Positions 1 through 8,385 of a stretch of 64,000 nucleotides of DNA are shown here, piece after piece. The position numbers and the translations under genes were made by a program. A model generated the notes under the pieces. That model was not told the origin of the DNA. It made no database searches and saw only the letters and a program-made list of their open reading frames with translations. Numbering within the stretch: the stretch's first letter is position 1; the number at the start of each line of letters is the position of its first letter. Source of the stretch: Leptospira biflexa (lineage in GTDB: Bacteria > Spirochaetota > Leptospiria > Turneriellales > DYLW01); NCBI GenBank assembly GCA_020721865.1, contig DYLW01000005.1:23091-87090 (forward strand), written 5' to 3'.

Positions 1-496
1 GATGTTTCCCCTGTGCGACAACCAGATTGGTATTATATTCAGGGTTTTTTAACCAGGTTTTGATTTGGTTATGATCAATCCCAAAAAAAACGCCATTCTG
101 GTTCAGGGCATCATGGATATCAGATTCGGATGGAGACAAACCCCCGGAACGAGGAGGGGAGATCGTCATATAGGCTTTCATATTATCTTCAGAAACAGTT
201 ATATGGATGACAGAGTTTTCCTTTTTTCCTTCCACCCATTTTCCTATGATGATGGGAGAGCCTTTCTTTTCAAAAATAATTTTCCAGAGATTATCCTCCT
301 GGATATCTTTGATTCCCAGAATACGGATTCTTTCCGAAATTTTAAGGAACATTTCATGATCCAGACCTCCTTTGCTGTGAATATCCGGAAAGACAGTAAG
401 GGTGGCATTTCCATTCATGTTATCAATGATAAACTGGTCTCTGGATTCAAGGTCATCCATGAAACTTCCAACATCATCCAGAAAATGCTTGTCCAT
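1..496 (-). CDS. FapA/DUF342 family protein (flagellar assembly protein A-like), N-terminal part; the gene runs off the window edge
   Basis: Hand translation of the minus strand from the ATG at 496 gives MDKHFLDDVGSFMDDLESRDQFIIDNMNGNATLTVFPD...ITVSEDNMKAYMTISPPRSGGLSPSESDIHDALNQNGVFFGIDHNQIKTW. This matches the typical DUF342/FapA N-terminal layout. It is absent from the ORF track because there is no stop codon inside the window. The listed + ORF 65..706 is its antisense shadow. Confidence 0.7.
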   Translation of the reverse strand, partial: MDKHFLDDVGSFMDDLESRDQFIIDNMNGNATLTVFPDIHSKGGLDHEMFLKISERIRILGIKDIQEDNLWKIIFEKKGSPIIIGKWVEGKKENSVIHITVSEDNMKAYMTISPPRSGGLSPSESDIHDALNQNGVFFGIDHNQIKTWLKNPEYNTNLVVAQGKH

Positions 497-622
497 AATT
501 CCTTTTCAAAGGAGGCCAACAAAGGATCAATACATTATTATTTTTTATTAACAGATTTTGATGGCTTAAATAAATCAAGCCGCCCCAAAGAAGAATTGGT
601 GCGGCCCCATGTTGAGACTTTT

Positions 623-742
623 TTACTTCTTTTTGCCTGCACTTTTTGGTTTTTCAGCGGGGGCTTTTTCTTTTGCTTTGGCACCGCTTTTGCTACTTTT
701 TGCTGAGTCATCGCCTTTTGGTTTCTTTTTTTTGTCCGGCAT
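623..742 (-). CDS. Small lysine-rich protein (39 aa): MPDKKKKPKGDDSAKSSKSGAKAKEKAPAEKPKSAGKKK
   Basis: ATG at 742 is preceded by AAGGAG with a 6-nt spacer (TTTAACAAGGAGAACAAAATG on the minus strand). The stop is TAA at 625-623. The ORF is below the track's length cut-off and lies directly upstream of the FapA-like gene on the same strand. Confidence 0.45.
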   Translation of the reverse strand: MPDKKKKPKGDDSAKSSKSGAKAKEKAPAEKPKSAGKKK

Positions 743-950
743 TTTGTTCTCCTTGTTAAATTCTGCATTTGCACAAAAAATGTGTTCCCCCGGTTATCAC
801 AATGAAGATAATTTGTCAATATTTTATCATAATTTGGAATTTAAAAAATATGATCCTGACTCCCAATTTTTTCCGGAAAGAAATATCTAACCCGGATAGA
901 AAAGAATTGACGGGTCAAATAGTATCAAAGGAATACACTGAAGGATACAA

Positions 951-1292
951 ATGCAGAATGTAATTGCAAAGAATTACCCACGCCAGAGAGCGGTTTTATC
1001 CTTGAATGGAAAGATTGATGTTGGTGTATCTGGTGATATTGAAGAGGTGTTTCTGGAAAGTTTGAACAAAGACAAAAATTTGTATTTTGTCATTAACATG
1101 GAAAATGTGGAGTATATTTCCTCTTCCGGTTTCCGGGTAATTATTGCCATGCTCCGGCATTTGAAAGAAAATGACGGGGATTTAAAATTGTGTTGTCTTT
1201 CCAGTTCAGTTAAAAAAATATTTCATGTAATTGAGCTGGCCTCATTGTTTGAAGTGTATGAAACAGAAAACGAAGCTCTGGAATCCTTCTGA
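951..1292 (+). CDS. STAS-domain anti-sigma-factor antagonist (SpoIIAA/RsbV-like)
   Basis: 113 aa. It contains ...NMENVEYISSSGFRVIIAMLRHLKENDGDLKLCCLSSSVKKIFHVIELASLFEVYETENEAL, the typical STAS fold with the conserved phosphorylatable Ser region. A GAAGGA RBS lies upstream. Confidence 0.8.
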   Translation: MQNVIAKNYPRQRAVLSLNGKIDVGVSGDIEEVFLESLNKDKNLYFVINMENVEYISSSGFRVIIAMLRHLKENDGDLKLCCLSSSVKKIFHVIELASLFEVYETENEALESF

Positions 1293-1295
1293 AAT

Positions 1296-2840
1296 TTATT
1301 TTCCCTGGATCATAACTATTGTTTTTCTCTCATCCTTAAAATAGGTTCCAATCACTTTTTTCATTATTTCATTGTCTATTTCTGCTGATTTTTTTACTCT
1401 CCGGAAGAAATGCTGATAATCGTTGGCCAGTACTTCGTAATGGGAAAGAACCTCTGAAATATGTTCATTTTTTTCCATGATTTCAGCGTATTCCATGAAA
1501 ACGGTATTTTTAACCATTTTTTTCTCTGCGGGCGTGATGCCGTTTTGGGCAATATCCTGCAGCTCGGCATCAATAACCGATTCGATTTTTTGATAATCAC
1601 TTTCTTTGTATGGAGATATAAAAAGAGTGAACTGGTTATCCAGCTTTTTGCCCGGAATTCCGTTTGCCGCATCCACAGAGGCAGCTAAGTTCAATTCCTG
1701 CACAAGTTTTTTTTCCAGGCGGGAATGGGGGGACCCTGCCAGAATTATTTGGAGAAAATCCAAGTATGTATCATCCGGGTGGAGCAGGGAAGGTTTATGC
1801 CAGCCCATAATCATATAAGGATTTGCTTTTACGTGAAGATATTTTATTATTTTCCCGCTCCCGGGATTTTGTTTCACCACCGGAAAAGGAGGGGTGGGGG
1901 AGGCTGGCAAACGGGAAAAATATTTCCGGATTATTTTTTCGGATTCGTCAAAATGTATATTTCCGGATACCACAATGACCATACGGGAGGGAATATAATT
2001 TTCATTATAAAATTTTTTTACGCCACTATAAGACAAGTGGGAAATCCCGGAAGAAAAACCAATCACGGGCTTTCCGTAAGGGGAAAAACCATAAGCGGTC
2101 ATAATGTAGTATTCATAAAGGAGGCTTTGTGGTCGGGAATCATAACGCATTTTTCTTTCTTCTTCAATCACTTTTCTTTCTGTATAGAATTCCCGGAAAA
2201 CCGGATGCAGGAACCGTTCGCTTTCCACCATTGCCCAGAGCTCCATCTGGTTTGCCGGCAGAGTGATTTCATAGCTGGTCAGATCGGCGGTGGTATATGC
2301 GTTATATCCGGATTCCCCTGCCAGAGAATAAATATAGGAATCTTCTTCCGGGATGACAAAGCGGGAGGCAAACCGTTCAAAGTAATCCTTTCTTTTCTCC
2401 AGCCGAAGGATCTCTTCCTGTATGGTTATCTTCTCCTCCGGGGTCATGGTGGGATTCTGGATTTTTCTGCGAAGCAGATCCATTTTTTCCCCGTCCTTAA
2501 AAATCTGCTCCAGATAAATTTTTTCTCTGGGATAATTTTTTGTCCCAATAATGGTATTGCCTTTAAACAGCAGATGTTCCAGAAAATGGGCGGCACCGGC
2601 ATCATCAAAATTTTCATTGGATGACCCAGCGGCGATTTTCAGAGAGACAGAAAAGGTGGGTGTCAGGTGGTTTTCTGCGAGAATGATCCGGATTCCATTT
2701 TCCAGGGTTATTTTTTTCACTTTCACGGGGGATATTTCATTATGTTTTTCCGGGTTTGCCCATTGGAAAGGGAACACAAGAAACGCAAATATGGTGAATA
2801 TCCAAGGCAGAGGGGTTTTAATTCTGAATTTTGAAATCAT
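1296..2840 (-). CDS. M16 (pitrilysin/insulinase) family zinc peptidase, secreted
   Basis: 514 aa. The inverted zinc motif HxxEH is present (AAHFLEHLLFKG), and there is an N-terminal hydrophobic signal-like segment. Confidence 0.85.
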   Translation of the reverse strand: MISKFRIKTPLPWIFTIFAFLVFPFQWANPEKHNEISPVKVKKITLENGIRIILAENHLTPTFSVSLKIAAGSSNENFDDAGAAHFLEHLLFKGNTIIGTKNYPREKIYLEQIFKDGEKMDLLRRKIQNPTMTPEEKITIQEEILRLEKRKDYFERFASRFVIPEEDSYIYSLAGESGYNAYTTADLTSYEITLPANQMELWAMVESERFLHPVFREFYTERKVIEEERKMRYDSRPQSLLYEYYIMTAYGFSPYGKPVIGFSSGISHLSYSGVKKFYNENYIPSRMVIVVSGNIHFDESEKIIRKYFSRLPASPTPPFPVVKQNPGSGKIIKYLHVKANPYMIMGWHKPSLLHPDDTYLDFLQIILAGSPHSRLEKKLVQELNLAASVDAANGIPGKKLDNQFTLFISPYKESDYQKIESVIDAELQDIAQNGITPAEKKMVKNTVFMEYAEIMEKNEHISEVLSHYEVLANDYQHFFRRVKKSAEIDNEIMKKVIGTYFKDERKTIVMIQGK

Positions 2841-3690
2841 AGGAAATTTTTTCTCCGTTTCTTATCAGATCGATTTTGGCCCCATTGGCCGTTTTGAGGG
2901 CTTTCCAGATTTCAAACATCCTTTCCGTGTCGCTCAGGGAATAGCCGTTTATTTTTTCCACCAGATCCCCCTGTCGTGCTCCCAATTTATAGAACACATG
3001 GCTGGGGGAAAGCTTTTTAATCTCCACTCCCAGAACCTTGCCATTCTGCACTTTGGGACCCCATGCGGCTCCCTTATAGATTTCATTGGAGTTGCCGGTG
3101 AGCCACTTATTCACTTCTTCCCTGGAGACCACTTTCTGGATTACCCCACCGGTAGTCGTTTCCGCCGGTTTCTGCACCTGAGCGGTGTCCTGTCCCACTT
3201 CCATACGGACTTTTGCTCCGTTTTCCAGATAGTATATATAATTTCGTCCAATGTAAATCAATTTCCTGTTCCCAATTCTTTCGCCAATGGCCAACTCCAT
3301 GGAGGAGGGGGGTCCACCTTTGATCTGAATCACGGCACGAGCAAATGACCAGTGACCTTCCAATGTGCCCAGAAGGATAAATTCCTGATTCTGTACTTCT
3401 CCGCCTTCTGCCACCGGGGTCTGTGTGGCTTCCGCAAATAAAACCCCCCCGATGATGGATTCTATCTGTATGGATGTCCTTGGTGCATCCGATCTGGGAT
3501 CATAATGGGAAAATATCTTAATTTTATTATTTTTTGTTTCCTGAGAAAAAAGAAAAAAAATGAGAGCATGGGCAAATACTCCCATGGAAATTCCAACGAA
3601 AACGGATAACGCATAATAATATAAATAACGGGAGTAACGGAGCTTATCGATGAGCGTCTGGAGTAAACCTTTATTCAGAGTCAGAACCAT
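2818..3690 (-). CDS. Membrane-anchored PDZ-domain protein, GspC-like (type II secretion protein C-like)
   Basis: 290 aa with an N-terminal TM helix. The central segment LLGTLEGHWSFARAVIQIKGG...IGERIGNRKLIYIGRNYIYYLENGAKVRMEV resembles the GspC HR domain. The C-terminus is PDZ-like (LGARQGDLVEKINGYSL). It overlaps the M16 gene start by 23 nt. Confidence 0.5.
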   Translation of the reverse strand: MVLTLNKGLLQTLIDKLRYSRYLYYYALSVFVGISMGVFAHALIFFLFSQETKNNKIKIFSHYDPRSDAPRTSIQIESIIGGVLFAEATQTPVAEGGEVQNQEFILLGTLEGHWSFARAVIQIKGGPPSSMELAIGERIGNRKLIYIGRNYIYYLENGAKVRMEVGQDTAQVQKPAETTTGGVIQKVVSREEVNKWLTGNSNEIYKGAAWGPKVQNGKVLGVEIKKLSPSHVFYKLGARQGDLVEKINGYSLSDTERMFEIWKALKTANGAKIDLIRNGEKISYDFKIQN

Positions 3691-3769
3691 ATCTCCATAC
3701 TGTTTTTTTTTAACAGAATAGAAACAATTTTAATTGATTTGCGTTTTTTTTTGTCAAGAGGCGATTTTT

Positions 3770-3781
3770 ATAATTAATTAT
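3770..3781. promoter_or_regulatory. Perfect 12-bp AT palindrome ATAATTAATTAT; candidate Fur/PerR-type operator for autoregulation
   Basis: Lies 13 nt upstream of the Fur-family gene's start codon. The surrounding TTATAATTAATTATCA resembles the 7-1-7 TTATAAT-N-ATTATAA Fur/PerR box class. Confidence 0.35.
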
Positions 3782-3793
3782 CATTCTTAAAGT

Positions 3794-4198
3794 ATGAAAT
3801 CAGAAAAAGTATACAAAAGAAGCCGCCAGAGGGAGAGCATTCTGGGTGTTCTCAGGAAAACTACCACCCACCCAACCGCAAGCTGGATCTATGATCAGTT
3901 AAAAGATGACTATCCGGGATTGAGTCTGGGGACGGTATACCGGAATCTGAATATTCTTTTGGAGATGGGAAAAATCCAGAAACTCCAGTTTGGATCCACG
4001 TTTGACCGCTTTGATGGGAATATTCATCCACACTACCATTTTATATGCGAAGAATGCGGAAGTATCTATGATATGGATATGGATGTGGACGCCCAAGTCA
4101 TCCATGGCGTGGAAACGATGTCCGGTCATAGTGTCCGGAATTACCGGTTTGAGTTCTACGGGATCTGCTCCCGGTGTAAAAATAAAGCCGAAAATTGA
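3794..4198 (+). CDS. Fur-family metalloregulator (PerR-like)
   Basis: 134 aa with a winged-helix N-terminus. The HPHYHFICEECG and CSRCK motifs supply the His-rich regulatory site plus two CxxC structural Zn pairs. Confidence 0.85.
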   Translation: MKSEKVYKRSRQRESILGVLRKTTTHPTASWIYDQLKDDYPGLSLGTVYRNLNILLEMGKIQKLQFGSTFDRFDGNIHPHYHFICEECGSIYDMDMDVDAQVIHGVETMSGHSVRNYRFEFYGICSRCKNKAEN

Positions 4199-4248
4199 TT
4201 TTCCCATAAAACGGTGGACGTTCCGATGATCCCTTTTATATAGATACT

Positions 4249-5169
4249 ATGCCACAGGTATACAATTCCATAATCGAATCCATCGGCGGGACTCCCCTTG
4301 TAAGACTCCGGAATATTCCCTCCGGCACGGCCAGTATTTATTGCAAGCTGGAAAATTCCAACCCCGGGTTCAGTGTCAAAGACCGGATTGCCCTGAACAT
4401 GATTCGGGATGCCGAAAAAAAAGGAATCTTAAAAAGCGGAATGACCATCATCGAACCCACCAGTGGCAACACCGGGCTGGGGATTGCTCTGGTAGCCGCC
4501 GCATCCGGTTACCGGGCGGTCATTGTAATGCCGGATACCATGAGCCAGGAACGCCAGAAAATGATCCGCTTCCTGGGTGCCCGGGTCATACTGACACCGG
4601 GAGAAAAGGGAATGAGGGGTTCCATTGAAAAGGCACACCAGATTCAGGAAGAGGAGGGGGGAATTTTACTCAGCCAGTTTTCCAACCCGGCCAATCCGGA
4701 AGCCCATTACCGTACCACCGGACCGGAAATCTGGGATGCTCTGGAAGGAAAGGTTGATATGCTGGTCTCTGGCATTGGAACCGGAGGAACCATCACCGGA
4801 ACCACCCGATTTTTGAAAGAGAAAAATCCCGGATTCCTGGCCTATGGAGTGGAACCGGAAAAATCGGCAGTGCTCTCAGGAGATCCTCCCGGGCGGCATA
4901 AAATTCAGGGAATTGGGGCGGGCTTCATCCCGGATAATTTGGACAGGAAACTGGTGCATGAGGTGATCAGAATTACGGATGAAGAGGCCATTAATGCTGC
5001 CCGGATGTTGGCACAAAAAGAAGGTATTCTGGGCGGGATTTCCTCCGGAGCCAATCTGGCCGCTGCGTTGAAAATTGCCCAAAGAGATGACGCCGCTCAT
5101 AAGACCATCGTCACCTTTGTCTGTGATACCGCTGAAAGGTACGCCAGCACGTATCTCTTTGAGGACTAA
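4249..5169 (+). CDS. cysK: Cysteine synthase A (O-acetylserine sulfhydrylase)
   Basis: 306 aa. It has the PLP-lysine motif SVKDRIALNMI, the TSGNTGLGIA loop, and GTGGTITG. Confidence 0.92.
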   Translation: MPQVYNSIIESIGGTPLVRLRNIPSGTASIYCKLENSNPGFSVKDRIALNMIRDAEKKGILKSGMTIIEPTSGNTGLGIALVAAASGYRAVIVMPDTMSQERQKMIRFLGARVILTPGEKGMRGSIEKAHQIQEEEGGILLSQFSNPANPEAHYRTTGPEIWDALEGKVDMLVSGIGTGGTITGTTRFLKEKNPGFLAYGVEPEKSAVLSGDPPGRHKIQGIGAGFIPDNLDRKLVHEVIRITDEEAINAARMLAQKEGILGGISSGANLAAALKIAQRDDAAHKTIVTFVCDTAERYASTYLFED

Positions 5170-5174
5170 ACGGT

Positions 5175-6107
5175 ATGAAAGGAATACGGGAAATAAATCA
5201 GAAAAATCATCTGGATGCGGTGGTGGCAACCCTGATTTCCCAGAATGAATTTTCCCTCCGTGTGTCTGGCTGGGATGAGAAATACCAGAGTCTGCCCTCC
5301 AGAGAAATCATATCGTCCATTACAGAAGACCTGCGCGGGGTATTTTTTCCCGGCTATTCCGGAAATTCGGAGCTGCATACGGCCAACAATGCCTATTATA
5401 TCGGGGCCACTCTGGAACGTGTGCAGAGAAATCTTGCCGAAATGGTACGTCGGGGGCTTTGCTTTGACTGCCAGACAGAAAAGGAATGTCCTTTATGCGA
5501 AGCCAGATCCCGGAAAATCACCCTGGATTTTCTTGAGATTCTTCCCTCCATACAAATTAGACTAATCCAGGATGTAAAAGCGGCCTTCACCCGTGACCCC
5601 GCCGCCACGGGATATGATGAAGCCATATTCAGTTATCCGGGCATACACGCAGTCACCAACTACCGGATTGCCCATGAACTGCACCGGCTTCGGGTTCCGT
5701 TTATTCCCCGTATCATCACGGAATTGGCACACAGCCAGACGGGAATAGATATTCATCCGGGGGCACAGATTGGGGAAAGTTTCTTCATTGATCACGGAAC
5801 CGGAGTGGTCATTGGGGAGACATCCGTCATCGGGAAAAATGTACAGCTTTTCCAGGGAGTTACCCTGGGGGCAAAAAGCTTTCCATTGGATGAACACGGC
5901 AATCCCATTAAGGGAATCCCCCGGCATCCCATTCTGGAGGACGATGTGATTATTTATGCCGGGGCCACCATTCTGGGCAGGATCACCATTGGGAAGGGGA
6001 GTATCATCGGCGGGAATGTGTGGGTCACTAAGGATGTTCCGGCAAACGCCCGGATCAGCCAGACATCCTACCGCTTTATGGAATTTGAAAGCGGTGCGGG
6101 CATATAA
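5175..6107 (+). CDS. cysE: Serine O-acetyltransferase, long form with a Cys4 insertion
   Basis: 310 aa. Hexapeptide-repeat core GIDIHPGAQIGESFFIDHGTGVVIGETSVIGKNVQLFQGVTLG. The N-terminal domain contains CFDCQTEKECPLC. Confidence 0.88.
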   Translation: MKGIREINQKNHLDAVVATLISQNEFSLRVSGWDEKYQSLPSREIISSITEDLRGVFFPGYSGNSELHTANNAYYIGATLERVQRNLAEMVRRGLCFDCQTEKECPLCEARSRKITLDFLEILPSIQIRLIQDVKAAFTRDPAATGYDEAIFSYPGIHAVTNYRIAHELHRLRVPFIPRIITELAHSQTGIDIHPGAQIGESFFIDHGTGVVIGETSVIGKNVQLFQGVTLGAKSFPLDEHGNPIKGIPRHPILEDDVIIYAGATILGRITIGKGSIIGGNVWVTKDVPANARISQTSYRFMEFESGAGI

Positions 6108-6142
6108 TCGTTGACGGTGTATCTTTCTTTGTAAATTAAGCT

Positions 6143-6310
6143 ATGAAAAGAACGTACCAACCATCCAACCTGAAGCGAAATCGCAAACATGGTTTCAGAA
6201 AACGTATGGCCACCAAAAACGGAAGACTGGTTTTGAAAAGACGTCGCCAGAAGGGCAGAAAGCAACTCACAGTATCCGATGAAGGAAGAAAAGTCCACGT
6301 TGTCCGTTGA
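6143..6310 (+). CDS. rpmH: 50S ribosomal protein L34 with an 11-aa C-terminal extension
   Basis: Hand translation gives [55 protein letters not shown]. It is below the ORF-track cut-off. The canonical L34 core ends at ...LTV. Confidence 0.9.
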   Translation: MKRTYQPSNLKRNRKHGFRKRMATKNGRLVLKRRRQKGRKQLTVSDEGRKVHVVR

Positions 6311-6726
6311 TGCCTTCCACGGGGGAAACGGTGCACCAGAAAGAAGTCTTTATTTCCATCAAAAATAAAAAGGACATTCAGAAGCTTTTTTCACGGGGAG
6401 AGAAGTATTCTTCCCGGCATCTCTATGTGCGATATCTGAGAATTGACCATTCCGGAGATGTTCCGCTGTCCGTTGTTATGGGAGTTCCCAAAAAAATGGG
6501 AAAAGCACATGTCCGGAATTATTATAAACGCTCCCTCCGGGAATCCCTTTTCCTGGCATTGAAAGGAAATTTTCCAAAAAAGGACAATACTTCCTCAGTC
6601 ATGGCTGCCATTATCCCCAATTCCTCGTTCATTGAAATTCCATTTGAGACCCGGGTGGAAGAAATGAAATCCTTTTTGGCATATATTTTTGCTGCGTCCC
6701 GGACCCATGCACCCGCATTTTCATAA
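6310..6726 (+). CDS. rnpA: Ribonuclease P protein component
   Basis: Position immediately after rpmH; it overlaps the rpmH stop (TTGATG). The protein is basic and contains KKDIQKLFSRGEKYSSRHLYVRY...KKMGKAHVRNYYKRSLRE. The start could be TTG 6307 or ATG 6310. Confidence 0.8.
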   Translation: MPSTGETVHQKEVFISIKNKKDIQKLFSRGEKYSSRHLYVRYLRIDHSGDVPLSVVMGVPKKMGKAHVRNYYKRSLRESLFLALKGNFPKKDNTSSVMAAIIPNSSFIEIPFETRVEEMKSFLAYIFAASRTHAPAFS

Positions 6727-7009
6727 TATTCCGGAAGCAGAAATTCCCCGCCGATGGGGGCCACTGCGTAGCCTGATTCTTACTTTTATTCGTTTATACC
6801 AGAGTTATCTTTCCCCCATTCTGGGAAGACAGTGCCGGTTCTATCCCACATGTAGCTCGTACGCAGAGCTCTTGTTTATGTATTATCCCCTGTGGATTGC
6901 CATCCCCAAAAGCCTGAACAGAATTGTACGCTGTAATCCATGGAATCCCGGCGGTTTGGATATCCCGGAAAAAATTCCGGAGGAAATAAAAAAAAGTTTG
7001 CAGTTGTAA
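6707..7009 (+). CDS. yidD: Membrane protein insertion efficiency factor YidD
   Basis: Contains LIRLYQSYLSPILGRQCRFYPTCSSYA, the YidD signature. The start is uncertain (TTG 6689 or ATG 6707), and the gene overlaps the rnpA 3' end. Confidence 0.8.
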   Translation: MHPHFHNIPEAEIPRRWGPLRSLILTFIRLYQSYLSPILGRQCRFYPTCSSYAELLFMYYPLWIAIPKSLNRIVRCNPWNPGGLDIPEKIPEEIKKSLQL

Positions 7010-7033
7010 GTTAAAAAAACCAAGGAGAGAAAT

Positions 7034-7453
7034 ATGAGAAAAGATATTACACTGATTATGATTAAACCTGATGCCGTTGCATCAGGATATACCGGGGACA
7101 TCATCAAAAGAATTGAACAGGAAAAGTTTGTGATCATTGCCATGAAAAAAATGCTTCTCACAAAAAGGGAAGCAGAGAAATTTTATGAGGTGCATAAAGA
7201 ACGTCCGTTTTTTGGTGAATTAACAGAGTTTATGTCATCCGGACCCATCGTGGCGGCGGTACTCCAGCGGGAAAATGCTGTGTCTCATTGGAGAGAGGTG
7301 ATTGGGGCCACGGATCCCAGGGAAGCCAAAGAGAACACTATCCGGAAGCTGTTTGCCAAAAGCAAAGGGGAAAACGCTGTTCATGGTTCCGATTCGGAAG
7401 AGAATGCCAATATAGAAGCGGCTTTCTTCTTCTCCGAATTAGAAAGAATATGA
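7034..7453 (+). CDS. ndk: Nucleoside-diphosphate kinase
   Basis: 139 aa. [10 protein letters not shown]..., [19 protein letters not shown], and the active-site NAVHGSDS. Confidence 0.93.
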   Translation: MRKDITLIMIKPDAVASGYTGDIIKRIEQEKFVIIAMKKMLLTKREAEKFYEVHKERPFFGELTEFMSSGPIVAAVLQRENAVSHWREVIGATDPREAKENTIRKLFAKSKGENAVHGSDSEENANIEAAFFFSELERI

Positions 7454-8385
7454 CAAAAGAATTTTCTGATCTTTACAATCGGAAGAAGAAATACTTTGAG
7501 AACAAACTTTTTCCCGTACTTACAAAAAGCAGTTTTTACGACTCACCGGATTCGCTGCAGATTGCGGCGGGTTATAGTATCCGCTCCGGAGGAAAAAGGC
7601 TCCGTCCGGTTTTGGCCATGGAAGCATCCCGCATTGCTGGAATGGATGAAGAAAAATCCCTGTTCCTGGCTGTGGCCGTGGAAATGCTGCATACCTATTC
7701 CCTGATCCATGATGATCTTCCCGCTATGGACAACGATGATTATCGGAGAGGACAAAAAACCTGTCATAAAAAATACGGAGAGGCGATGGCCATTCTTGCT
7801 GGAGATGCTCTGCAGGCAGTGGCCTTTGAGCTGGTGGCATTGGGGAATTTCACACCGGAAGTAATCCGCTTTTTTGGAGCATCCGTGGGTTTTAACGGTA
7901 TGGCGGGGGGGCAGTCTCTGGATATGGATCACAGTCGGTATGAACGCCATGAGGAAGTTCTGCGATGGATACACCGGCTCAAAACCGGGCATCTTATTGA
8001 GTTCTCCGTGGCGGCTCCTTTTCTGGATGTCTTGTCCCGGATGTTCCCGGATTACACCCGCCGGAAACCCCATGAGAATCCGGAGGTCATGGAATATAAA
8101 TCCAGAGTCACCAAGATCCGCAACTGGGCACTCAAATTGGGGGAGCTGTTCCAGATGACGGATGATCTTCTGGATCATTCCGGAACCCTGGAGGAATTGG
8201 GGAAAACCCCTGGAAAAGACGTGGCTCAGGATAAACTGACGTATATATCCCTCTTGGGAGTGGCAGAAACTCAAAGCAGAGCAGAACGTTATGCTGCGGA
8301 TTTAACCAAAAAAGCGAAACAGTATTTTCCGGATTCCATTCTGTTCCAGGAATTACCCCAGTATATTATTAATCGTAAAAATTAA
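7450..8385 (+). CDS. ispA: Polyprenyl diphosphate synthase (farnesyl/geranylgeranyl diphosphate synthase, IspA-type)
   Basis: FARM motif [17 protein letters not shown] and SARM motif FQMTDDLLD are present. The true start is the ATG at 7450 (MTKEFSDLY...), which overlaps the ndk stop as ATGA. The track's 7288 start is a spurious extension into ndk. Confidence 0.85.
   Translation: MTKEFSDLYNRKKKYFENKLFPVLTKSSFYDSPDSLQIAAGYSIRSGGKRLRPVLAMEASRIAGMDEEKSLFLAVAVEMLHTYSLIHDDLPAMDNDDYRRGQKTCHKKYGEAMAILAGDALQAVAFELVALGNFTPEVIRFFGASVGFNGMAGGQSLDMDHSRYERHEEVLRWIHRLKTGHLIEFSVAAPFLDVLSRMFPDYTRRKPHENPEVMEYKSRVTKIRNWALKLGELFQMTDDLLDHSGTLEELGKTPGKDVAQDKLTYISLLGVAETQSRAERYAADLTKKAKQYFPDSILFQELPQYIINRKN

Noticed and set aside
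65-706. 213-aa + strand ORF at the left edge of the window
   Set aside because: Its translation is low-complexity and hydrophobic with no motif. The opposite strand over 1-496 encodes a convincing FapA/DUF342 N-terminus, so this is an antisense shadow ORF.
538-819. 93-aa minus-strand TTG-initiated basic ORF
   Set aside because: It is an alternative frame of the same A/G-rich tract. It has no RBS, and the TTG sits in a TTGACA that looks more like a promoter -35 element. The 39-aa frame with AAGGAG-N6-ATG is better supported.
743-950. Sigma70-type promoters in the divergent spacer between the micro-ORF and the STAS gene (TTGACA at 819-814 on the minus strand; TTGACG upstream of the STAS gene)
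   Set aside because: Good -35-like hexamers are present, but no acceptable -10 hexamer lies at 16-18 nt spacing. The evidence is not strong enough to annotate.
1725-2624. Long antisense ORFs opposite well-supported genes. Examples are 1725-2624, 7543-8274, 15788-16657, 17115-17903, 24249-24881, 24863-25555, 30795-31577, 34672-35478, 38654-39319, 40686-41330, 45814-46452, 48594-49196 and 61233-61847.
   Set aside because: Each lies entirely opposite a gene with clear catalytic motifs. Their translations are compositionally odd (rich in F/G/I/H/R) and lack motifs or RBSs. This is typical of shadow ORFs produced by codon bias.
7288-7449. 5' extension of the ispA ORF (the track's start at 7288)
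   Set aside because: The extension overlaps the ndk coding sequence in another frame and translates to nonsense. The ATG at 7450, coupled to the ndk stop as ATGA, gives a normal polyprenyl synthase N-terminus.
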